A stretch of DNA of 24,000 nucleotides from Enterococcus sp. (GCF_022711995.1 NZ_JALAHI010000156.1:1-24000); one strand, 5' to 3'; counted from the first letter of the stretch, positions 9,140-16,031 are shown. Notes: generated by a model not told the origin, from the sequence alone. Numbers and translations are program-made.

Positions 9140-9661
9140 TTAATAACAATGTTCCTTCACGTAATCCGCTGTGTCTTGTTTCTCCGCTTTCAACTGGCAA
9201 AGTGTCAACATCTCATTCATTGCTTCTGTAAGTCCAGTACCACCCTTTTTAGGCATTTTTACAATATCTACTTGCTCTTTAAATCGGTTGATGACCTCTT
9301 GGCATTCCGTAGACATCGCCGCAACAGCCGGGATCTGCACCTTTTCTTCGACAACTTTTGCAACTTCAGCAGCCATTTCCCCATATTTTTCATAATTAAA
9401 GCATGGACCACACAGTAGAACATCTGCGCCTAATTTCTGGACCATGGCGGCAATCTTTAAAGAAGATTCCCGCGCATGACTTCGATAATAGTCATCCCCA
9501 CAATAAATCGTAGCGAGAACTTCCATGTGTTTTTCCTTTAATAACTTTTCGAACATTTTGACAGAACCAATGGCTGTCTTTTGCCCCCCTAATGGCTGAT
9601 CCCCATGTTCTTTGCCACCCAGGCCGGCTTGAATCTGATCCAGTAAAAAGACTATTTTCAT
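9140..9661 (-). CDS. GrdB N-terminal-domain-like protein (173 aa) lacking the Sec-containing C-terminal half
   Basis: The track ORF 9140..9754 overlaps the EIIC gene. The ATG at 9661 (MKIVFLLDQIQAGLGGKEHGD...) is preceded by AAGGGGGA plus 5 nt. Blocks LDQIQAGLGGKE, EVLATIYCGDDYY, LLCGPCFNYEKYG and IPAVAAM align with my recollection of the first ~175 residues of glycine/betaine/sarcosine reductase selenoprotein B. Confidence 0.7.
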   Translation of the reverse strand: MKIVFLLDQIQAGLGGKEHGDQPLGGQKTAIGSVKMFEKLLKEKHMEVLATIYCGDDYYRSHARESSLKIAAMVQKLGADVLLCGPCFNYEKYGEMAAEVAKVVEEKVQIPAVAAMSTECQEVINRFKEQVDIVKMPKKGGTGLTEAMNEMLTLCQLKAEKQDTADYVKEHCY

Positions 9662-9674
9662 TGTGATCCCCCTT

Positions 9675-11021
9675 CTATAACAAGTGATCGATGGAAATAT
9701 CGTCAAATGACAATTCCAGTTCTTCACTTTTGGCTTGTTCTGCATCCCGTTCATCTTTTAGGTATTGCTTGTCTAATGCCATGATAAATGGATAGTAGAT
9801 CAAACAACCAATGGCTAATAGAATCAATTGCCAGACAGAAGCAATCAAACTGCCGGTACTCAAATACCCTGAAAAGCCAATTGGCGTCGTCCACGGTAAA
9901 GATACGCCGGTGGTATAAGGAATGATCCCTAAGTTCGTTACCAATGTCGATAAAAGCAGATTAACTACTGGAACGGCAATAAAAGGAATAATAATGATTG
10001 GATTCAATACGACAGGCAAACCAAAAATAATTGGTTCATTGATGCCAAAGATCCCGGGAACCAGTGAAAGTTTTCCTAGTTCTTTGATCCGTTTTGATTT
10101 ACAGAACAGGACCATAATAATCACAAGTGAAAGTGTAGAACCGCCGCCGCCAAAGTTGGTAAAGAAGTTCGAAAATGGATCCGTAAAGATGTTTGGCAAG
10201 TCTTTACCGGCTTGAAAAGCATCTAGATTTTCCATCGTTAGAATTCTTAGAATCGGCGCGAATACAGAATTGGCTACCGCCGGACCATTGATCCCAAAGA
10301 ACCAAAAAATCGTACAGGCTAGACTATAGATGATCTGTGCGGTTAATGTATTCCCCGCACCTTTCAATGGCATTTGCAAAACGTTAAAGATAAAATCATG
10401 AACGGTGCCAAAAGGTGTCAGACCAAACAAAATATTGATGACAAAAAATAAGAGCATGACTAACGCACTTGGAATCAGTGCAGCAAAGGATTTCGTTACT
10501 GCAGGTGGAACCCCATCAGGCATCTTGATGGTCCAGCCTCGTTTTGTTGTGTAAGCATAGATTTCTACAGAAATAATTGCGACGAGCAAACCGACAAAAA
10601 TCCCATTTGTTCCTAAGTGATCAAAAGAAAGTCCGCTAACAGGATCAGCTACCCCTTCCACGACCAGCTTATTGGGAGTTAAAATCAAAAACGCAATCAC
10701 AGCCACTGCTGCCGCTTGAATGGGATCGGTTTTCTTTTCTCTCCCATAAGCATATGCCGTTCCTAGACAGGAAAAGAAACCCACTGTATTAAAGACAGAA
10801 CCAGAAACCCGAGTGACCCACGATTCCCAACCTGTACCAAACATTCCTGCCCAAAACTCTGACCATCCTGGTATCGGAAAATTTGCGAACAGGAGGAAAA
10901 TCGAGCCTACAATCACTAATGGTGTCGTGATTAAAAAGCCATCCCGCACTGCGATCAAGATTTTGTTCTGCCCTAGCTTTACCGCAAGCGGCATCAACAC
11001 ATTTTCTAATTTATCGAACAT
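9675..11021 (-). CDS. PTS EIIC permease, lactose/cellobiose/chitobiose family; no IIA or IIB partner in the window
   Basis: 448 aa and polytopic. The N-terminus MFDKLENVLMPLAVKLGQNKILIAVRDGF is typical of CelB/ChbC-type EIIC. Acidic C-terminal tail DERDAEQAKSEELELSFDDISIDHLL. ATG at 11021 with a GAAAGGAAG RBS. Confidence 0.9.
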   Translation of the reverse strand: MFDKLENVLMPLAVKLGQNKILIAVRDGFLITTPLVIVGSIFLLFANFPIPGWSEFWAGMFGTGWESWVTRVSGSVFNTVGFFSCLGTAYAYGREKKTDPIQAAAVAVIAFLILTPNKLVVEGVADPVSGLSFDHLGTNGIFVGLLVAIISVEIYAYTTKRGWTIKMPDGVPPAVTKSFAALIPSALVMLLFFVINILFGLTPFGTVHDFIFNVLQMPLKGAGNTLTAQIIYSLACTIFWFFGINGPAVANSVFAPILRILTMENLDAFQAGKDLPNIFTDPFSNFFTNFGGGGSTLSLVIIMVLFCKSKRIKELGKLSLVPGIFGINEPIIFGLPVVLNPIIIIPFIAVPVVNLLLSTLVTNLGIIPYTTGVSLPWTTPIGFSGYLSTGSLIASVWQLILLAIGCLIYYPFIMALDKQYLKDERDAEQAKSEELELSFDDISIDHLL

Positions 11022-11074
11022 TCCACTCTTCCTTTCGAGACTTTGCTCAAAGCTTGCAATCCTCTTTTTTTACG

Positions 11075-12022
11075 TCATACTGGTGCTTTGATTCGTGCTT
11101 CGTATGCATCAAGCCACTCTTGTGTGATCGGTGTGATCACCGTGGTTTGGTCTGGACCAGGATTGGCCATATAAATAGCCGGTTCTTGGTCTGCTGTCGC
11201 AACACTAAATGTAAATTCTACATTTGTGGCCACCCCCCATGCCCCATTTTTATCTAAAGCAATCAACGAGAACGCACCAGCTTTGCCATAGCGTTTACGC
11301 AATCGCTCTTCAAACCTATAAACGGCCTGATCACAAGCGGACTGTGGTGAAAGACCTTCTCCCATCAAACGGACGATTTCGTAAGAGAGGCAGCCTTTCA
11401 TCAGGTCTTCACCCAAACCAGTGGCGGCAGCCCCGCCAATTGTACTATCTACATAAAATCCTGAACCGGATAGTGGGGAATCTCCCACGCGTCCTTGTTT
11501 TTTCATGAACAAACCAGAGCTAGAGGTTCCGACTGCCATTTGCTGTTGCGTATCGAGAGCGACAACGCCAACCGTGTCATGGCCATCGTAAGGATCGAGA
11601 TTGGAAGCAGCAATTTCTGCTAATCGTTTTTCCCAGATTTTTTTTGCCCGTTCGGTCAACATATTCTTTCGTTCAAATCCAGCCAGCATTGCATATTCGG
11701 TAGCCCCTTGCCCTACTCGAAAGCTATTGAATTTTTCATCACTCAATCGGCGAGCAACAGAAATCGGATTGGCAACATCGGTAATCCCTGCAACGGCGCC
11801 AATCTTAAATGTTTCACCATCCATAAAAGCAGCATCCATTTCGACGATGCCGCGTTCATTTGGCAACCCGCCATAGCCAACTGATTTATAAAATGGATAA
11901 TCTTCCACTGCTTTGATGGCAGTTTCTACTGCATCTTTGCATGACGCTTGTGCTTCTAAAACTTCTTTGGCTGCCAGTACACCATCGTGTGCCATTCGCC
12001 AAGTTGCGATCATTCCCCACAT
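11075..12022 (-). CDS. Ntn-hydrolase of the Asparaginase_2 family: N4-(beta-N-acetylglucosaminyl)-L-asparaginase or isoaspartyl peptidase
   Basis: 315 aa. The autoprocessing/nucleophile motif YDGHDTVGVVALD and a downstream GAAATGLGEDLM glycine-rich loop are present. ATG at 12022 with GGAGGG 6 nt upstream. Confidence 0.88.
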   Translation of the reverse strand: MWGMIATWRMAHDGVLAAKEVLEAQASCKDAVETAIKAVEDYPFYKSVGYGGLPNERGIVEMDAAFMDGETFKIGAVAGITDVANPISVARRLSDEKFNSFRVGQGATEYAMLAGFERKNMLTERAKKIWEKRLAEIAASNLDPYDGHDTVGVVALDTQQQMAVGTSSSGLFMKKQGRVGDSPLSGSGFYVDSTIGGAAATGLGEDLMKGCLSYEIVRLMGEGLSPQSACDQAVYRFEERLRKRYGKAGAFSLIALDKNGAWGVATNVEFTFSVATADQEPAIYMANPGPDQTTVITPITQEWLDAYEARIKAPV

Positions 12023-12053
12023 ATCTTTCCCTCCATCATTTATAGCGCTTTCA

Positions 12054-12091
12054 AGTATATTCTATATGGTATATACTACTATGTCTATACT
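12054..12091. promoter_or_regulatory. Three 14-bp-phased copies of an AGTATATACT-like palindrome overlapping a sigma-A promoter; candidate GntR/HutC operator array
   Basis: Plus strand: AGTATATTCT (12054-12063), GGTATATACT (12068-12077), TGTCTATACT (12082-12091). Starts are exactly 14 bp apart. Minus-strand promoter: TAGACA (12087-12082), 17 nt, TAGAAT (12064-12059). Confidence 0.6.
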
Positions 12092-12139
12092 AAAAAACGA
12101 GTTTCTTTCAAATCTCATCGATTTATAAGAAACTCGTTT
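12092..12139 (-). terminator. Intrinsic terminator after the M20 dipeptidase gene
   Basis: 13-bp stem aaacgagtttctt (12095-12107) / aagaaactcgttt (12127-12139). The minus strand reads on into a T-run that continues from the stem's own terminal Ts; the plus-strand A-run 12092-12097 partly overlaps the stem arm. Confidence 0.75.
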
Positions 12140-12176
12140 CGGATTAATTTTTTATTGTTGAGGGTTCATCGCATTC

Positions 12177-13478
12177 TTATTCTGTTAATGCTTTGATGCT
12201 TCGCATATAGATTTCCAAATTCATCCGCAAATCAGCACTGTCCATGTACTCATTCTTATTGTGTGCAATCCCTTTTTGACCTGGAAAAGACGGACCAAAT
12301 GCTAAGATATTCGGCATTTTACGGGCATAAGTTGCCCCTGTCGTGGTGACTGGCGTGGGGTCATTGCCGGTGACTTTCTGATAAATGGCGGACAGTTTGG
12401 CAATTTCGGTTGATTCTTTGTCTCGGCAAAATCCGGGAATGCTACGAATGACTTCTAGTTCGACACCGAGAGGCAGTTGTCTTTGCAAACGGGTCACCAC
12501 GTCTGTTTCTGAAACAGACACGGGATAGCGAAAGGCAACTTCCAACAACAATCCTTCAGGAGCCTTTTGCATCACGACAGGTGTTAAAATCAATTTACCA
12601 GAATCTTCGTCAGCCAACGCCAAGTCAACCCCTTCTCCAAAATGCTGCTGATGAAAGCTTTGGCAGATCCAACGAAAATAAGCTTGTGCGATTGGCGGAA
12701 CTTTTTGCGACTCAGCCAGTTGGGCTGCCATGAGGGTAATCGCATTTGCTCCCAATTCAGGAGCATTGCTTGGAGAACGTTTCCCTGTGACTTCAAACGT
12801 CTGTCCAGCAACGCCTACGCTCAAGTAATCGGGAACATGGTCTCGGAATTGATCCCCCTGAAACGAGGTAAATTGATGCAATTCATCATCAGGCAGCGGA
12901 AAATGAAGGGCTACATTGACGACGCCCCGCTCGCCGTAGACTACCGGATACTTACAATCTGGCGTAAATCCGAACACAGGTGGTTGTTCTGCGGCCAAAT
13001 AATGAGGAACATCCGACATACCACTTTCTTCATCCGTACCGAAAATGATTCGCAGATTTTTTTTCGGTTGATGTCCCAATTCTTTCAATAATTTCATCCC
13101 ATAAAGGCAACTGATGATTGGTCCTTTGTTGTCTAGAATCCCTCGACCATAAAGGCGGCCATCTTTTTCACTTAAATCAAACGGCGGAAAATCCCAGCCT
13201 GAGCCAGCAGGCACCACATCGAGGTGTCCCAGGATACCGATATAGTCTGATCCTTCGTTTCCCCACTGTGCATAGCCGATCACATCATCGATCACCTTTG
13301 TTTCAAATCCAAAAGCGGCACTTTTGTCCATTACCAAAGACAAAACTCGCCGAGTCTCCGTACCATAGGGCGCCTGTGGCATAGGGTTTGATTTCACACT
13401 AGGCACTTCTATGACCTGTTTGAGTAAATCTAAAAAGTCTGGCCAATTTTTCTCAATCGCTGCACTGATTTGATCCAT
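12177..13478 (-). CDS. M20 family dipeptidase (PepV / Sapep-like)
   Basis: The track start at 13487 is a GTG inside GAGGTGG. The ATG at 13478 (MDQISAAIEKNWPDF...) lies 5 nt after it. Motifs GHLDVVPAG, GRGILDNKGP and GTDEESG are M20 metal and catalytic signatures. Confidence 0.88.
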   Translation of the reverse strand: MDQISAAIEKNWPDFLDLLKQVIEVPSVKSNPMPQAPYGTETRRVLSLVMDKSAAFGFETKVIDDVIGYAQWGNEGSDYIGILGHLDVVPAGSGWDFPPFDLSEKDGRLYGRGILDNKGPIISCLYGMKLLKELGHQPKKNLRIIFGTDEESGMSDVPHYLAAEQPPVFGFTPDCKYPVVYGERGVVNVALHFPLPDDELHQFTSFQGDQFRDHVPDYLSVGVAGQTFEVTGKRSPSNAPELGANAITLMAAQLAESQKVPPIAQAYFRWICQSFHQQHFGEGVDLALADEDSGKLILTPVVMQKAPEGLLLEVAFRYPVSVSETDVVTRLQRQLPLGVELEVIRSIPGFCRDKESTEIAKLSAIYQKVTGNDPTPVTTTGATYARKMPNILAFGPSFPGQKGIAHNKNEYMDSADLRMNLEIYMRSIKALTE

Positions 13479-13490
13479 TTTTTCCACCTC

Positions 13491-14219
13491 TTATTTTTGT
13501 CGTACCAATGTATTTTTAAAGGTATATTTATCTGCACGATAAAAGGACGTATCGAACAAGATCGGTTTTGCAGAAGGAGAATACGTCATCGAATGGACGA
13601 GAAGCATGGGTTCCTCTTCTGAGACATGCAATAGCTTGGCAATATCTGGCGGACTTTTGACCGCTTCCACTTCTTGATGAGAATAACCAATTTCAATGTT
13701 GGCTTCGATTACTTCATACAAAGAAGATTCTAACTGGTCTTGGGTGATTTCGCCGGACTCTTTTTCCAAATAACGTTTCAATACATAGAGATTCTCCACC
13801 GTCATCGGTTCATCATCAAAGTAACGCAAGCGAGTCAGATACACCATTGGTTCTTTGCCATAATTACCGAACATCTGGCGGATCTTCGTTGGTAATTCTT
13901 TCACTGTCTCTACCTGTAATACTTCAGTTCGGGTCTTTTTCCCTTGGGCTTTGGCTGTTTCGGTAAAGCTTTGCAAGCCGCCAGATCCACTTTGGATCTT
14001 TGGCTGCTTCATCACATACGTTCCTTTGCCCTTTTCTTTGACTAAAATATTTTGAGTGATCAGAAGATCGATTGCTTTGCGGACAGTTAGGCGACTGCAT
14101 TGAAATTCCTCCGCTAAATCATAATCAGAAGGCAGCTTCTGACTGGTTACATAGGTGCCATCATTGACGCGTTGCGCGATTTTATCTGCTACTTCCTGGA
14201 AAACTGCTTGTTTTTTCAC
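13491..14219 (-). CDS. GntR family transcriptional regulator, HutC subfamily (wHTH + UTRA effector domain)
   Basis: 242 aa. LPSDYDLAEEFQCSRLTVRKAIDLLITQNILVKEKGKGTYV is a GntR-type wHTH. The C-terminal ~150 aa have UTRA-like length and pattern. GTG start at 14219 with a weak AGGGA RBS. Only 20 nt downstream of the yitT-like stop. Confidence 0.88.
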   Translation of the reverse strand: MKKQAVFQEVADKIAQRVNDGTYVTSQKLPSDYDLAEEFQCSRLTVRKAIDLLITQNILVKEKGKGTYVMKQPKIQSGSGGLQSFTETAKAQGKKTRTEVLQVETVKELPTKIRQMFGNYGKEPMVYLTRLRYFDDEPMTVENLYVLKRYLEKESGEITQDQLESSLYEVIEANIEIGYSHQEVEAVKSPPDIAKLLHVSEEEPMLLVHSMTYSPSAKPILFDTSFYRADKYTFKNTLVRQK

Positions 14220-14239
14220 TTGATTCCCTACTTTCTACT

Positions 14240-15082
14240 CTACCATTCATAAAACGGACGATTCGCACTCACACCGGAAGCCACACTAACAAAAGCTTGG
14301 GTGTCGACAGATTGAATCAGCCCTTCAACTGTTTTTAATTCTTTTTGGGAGATGACTAAAAGCAACAATTTCTTCTGTTGATGATCAAAGCCGCCCTCCA
14401 CATCGTTGATGACAGTGATACCTCGCTGAAGTGCACATTGCAATGTCGTAATGACACCTTCTGCTTTGTCGGTTACTACAAGCAATTGCACACGTCTTTG
14501 CTTGAGGTTCACGTAATCTACCATCCGACCACTGATAAAGAAAGAGATGGCACTATAAAAAGCGTAAGGCCAACCAAAAATCATGCCGGCAACGAGTTGA
14601 AGACTAACATTAAAAAAGATGAAGAAACTGCCGATACTTTTACCGGTCATCATTTTTACTAAGATTCCTAAAATATCTAATCCCCCAGTGGAGAAATCAT
14701 CATTCAAAGTCAGACCGACAGAAAAGCCGTGGAGCAATCCGCCAAAAACAGCGCAGATAACCGGATCTGTAGTTAATGTGACAACTGGGATCACCTTCAT
14801 CATAACAGATGAAAGGAAGACAGTACAAACCGTCATAAGCGTAAAATCACGATCGATCTTAAACCATGCAACCGCTAACAGCGGCGCATTAAAAAATAAG
14901 ACCAACAAAGGGATCGACCACTCGATACCGAAGTGGACTTGCAAGAGTTGCGACAATAATTGTGAAAGTCCGGTAATTCCACTGGCATATATATTTCCTG
15001 GCAGCCAGAACATATTCAATGCAACCGACGATAACACTGCGTAAATAAGTGCAACGGCTAAGCGTTTTATTCTTATTGGCAT
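14240..15082 (-). CDS. YitT family (DUF2179) integral membrane protein
   Basis: 280 aa. Begins MPIRIKRLAVALIYAVLSSVALNMFWLPGNIYASGITGLSQL. It has about 5 TM segments followed by a soluble C-terminal DUF2179-like domain. ATG at 15082 with an AAAGGAGAG RBS. Confidence 0.85.
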   Translation of the reverse strand: MPIRIKRLAVALIYAVLSSVALNMFWLPGNIYASGITGLSQLLSQLLQVHFGIEWSIPLLVLFFNAPLLAVAWFKIDRDFTLMTVCTVFLSSVMMKVIPVVTLTTDPVICAVFGGLLHGFSVGLTLNDDFSTGGLDILGILVKMMTGKSIGSFFIFFNVSLQLVAGMIFGWPYAFYSAISFFISGRMVDYVNLKQRRVQLLVVTDKAEGVITTLQCALQRGITVINDVEGGFDHQQKKLLLLVISQKELKTVEGLIQSVDTQAFVSVASGVSANRPFYEW

Positions 15083-15107
15083 AAGGCTCTCCTTTCCTTT
15101 CGGTTAT

Positions 15108-15131
15108 AGTATATATCATAAAGTATATACT
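15108..15131. promoter_or_regulatory. Two 14-bp-phased copies of the same AGTATATACT palindrome, overlapping the yitT-gntR-dipeptidase promoter
   Basis: AGTATATATC (15108-15117) and the perfect palindrome AGTATATACT (15122-15131), with starts 14 bp apart. Minus-strand promoter: ATGACA, 17 nt, TATACT, with the motif in the spacer. Confidence 0.55.
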
Positions 15132-15246
15132 GTCATCTAAAAAAAGACTCTCGACTAAAGAAGCGACTTTGCTGAGCCTTCGTCGTTCCCGGTATAAAGG
15201 GGAAAATACTTTCTTGCAACAAATCTGGCAAAAGAGAGTAAAATAC

Positions 15247-15274
15247 TTGAAAACTGACTAATTTTGACTAAAAT
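15247..15274 (+). promoter_or_regulatory. Candidate hsp20 promoter with an embedded CtsR-like heptad direct repeat
   Basis: TTGAAA (15247-15252), 16 nt, TAAAAT (15269-15274). The spacer 15253-15269 reads AGTCAAA-ATT-AGTCAGT on the reverse strand. The CtsR consensus is (A/G)GTCAAA-NAN-(A/G)GTCAAA. Confidence 0.45.
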
Positions 15275-15312
15275 AATAATTGGAAAGAAAAATAAAGAAA
15301 GGATTGATTATT

Positions 15313-15744
15313 ATGTCACATGAGATTGAACCTCGTCGCTCAGATGCCTATAGTATGACACCTTTTAATTTCTTCGAAGATTTTGGTCGCAGCTTTTTTG
15401 ATGGATTTAAGTCGAACATGATTAAAACGGATATTCACGAAAATGACTCGGAATATCTGGTTGAAGCAGAGCTGCCTGGTATTCCAAAAGAGAATATCCA
15501 AGTTACTTATGAAAATGGTATTTTAACGATTGCTGGTCATCATCAGTCGGCTACGACGACTGATGACAAAAAAGGCAAATTGGTGCGCAGCGAACGTAGT
15601 CTAACAAGTGTCCGTCGTCAATATTTACTGGAAAATGTCAAAGAAGACGACATCAAAGCCTCCTATTCAGAAGGTATTCTTAAATTGACTTTGCCAAAAG
15701 ATGATTCCGGCAAAGAACCGAAGAAAATCATTCCAATCGAGTAA
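15313..15744 (+). CDS. Hsp20 / alpha-crystallin family small heat-shock protein
   Basis: The track start at 15280 is a TTG in an A-rich tract. The ATG at 15313 ([11 protein letters not shown]...) follows GAAAGGA plus 9 nt. The alpha-crystallin core is [36 protein letters not shown]...GILKLTLPK. Confidence 0.9.
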   Translation: MSHEIEPRRSDAYSMTPFNFFEDFGRSFFDGFKSNMIKTDIHENDSEYLVEAELPGIPKENIQVTYENGILTIAGHHQSATTTDDKKGKLVRSERSLTSVRRQYLLENVKEDDIKASYSEGILKLTLPKDDSGKEPKKIIPIE

Positions 15745-15771
15745 TCGGATGATTTTTACAAAATCAAACAG

Positions 15772-15810
15772 CCCTCTTAACAGAAATGCCTGTTAAGAGG
15801 GTTTCTATTT
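15772..15810 (+). terminator. Intrinsic terminator of hsp20
   Basis: Perfect 12-bp stem ccctcttaacag (15772-15783) / ctgttaagaggg (15790-15801), followed by tttctattt. Confidence 0.85.
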
Positions 15811-15862
15811 AGGAAAAATTCGACTTCGCAAGTTTTAGAGAAAAGAAATGCTTCGTCTACCA

Positions 15863-15923
15863 GGGACTGTGACAAAAGCCTCTTACAAGTAACCATATCC
15901 GAACACTTTATAGTATTGCTCCT
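15863..15923. repeat. Half-copy (left arm only) of the palindromic intergenic element found at 18541-18708
   Basis: Hand alignment of 15863-15923 with 18547-18606 gives about 48 of 61 identical positions. Long shared blocks include acaagtaac, tccgaaca and tagtattgctcct. Confidence 0.6.
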
Positions 15924-15993
15924 TTGCTCGCTTGCCTGATTTTCTTAGATTACCTAAAACAGCCTGCCAAAGTCTGAGTAACTCCCCCCACGC

Positions 15994-16031
15994 AAAAAAA
16001 ATCAAAGGCCGCAAAGTCTGCTGCCTTTGAT
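15994..16031 (-). terminator. Intrinsic terminator of yajC
   Basis: Stem atcaaaggc (16001-16009) / gcctttgat (16023-16031). The minus strand is followed by a T-run (A7-8 at 15994-16001 on the plus strand). Confidence 0.8.

Noticed and set aside
9140-9661. The GrdB-like gene as a pseudogene fragment, or as a selenoprotein with TGA read-through
   Set aside because: The ORF has its own strong RBS and ends at TAA. It is followed 15 nt later by an M42 gene with its own RBS. I saw no in-frame TGA, no downstream GrdB-like remnant and no SECIS-like hairpin. A deliberately short stand-alone domain fits better.
12642-13384. Track ORFs 12642..13091(+), 13118..13384(+) and 12590..12811(-) inside the M20 dipeptidase gene
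   Set aside because: They are antisense or off-frame to a gene with clear M20 catalytic motifs. None has an RBS, and the composition is Arg/Ser/Leu-rich, which is typical of antisense shadows.
14378-15119. Track ORFs 14378..14662(+), 14619..15044(+) and 14889..15119(-) overlapping the YitT gene
   Set aside because: They are antisense or off-frame shadows of a hydrophobic membrane-protein gene, with no independent translation signals.
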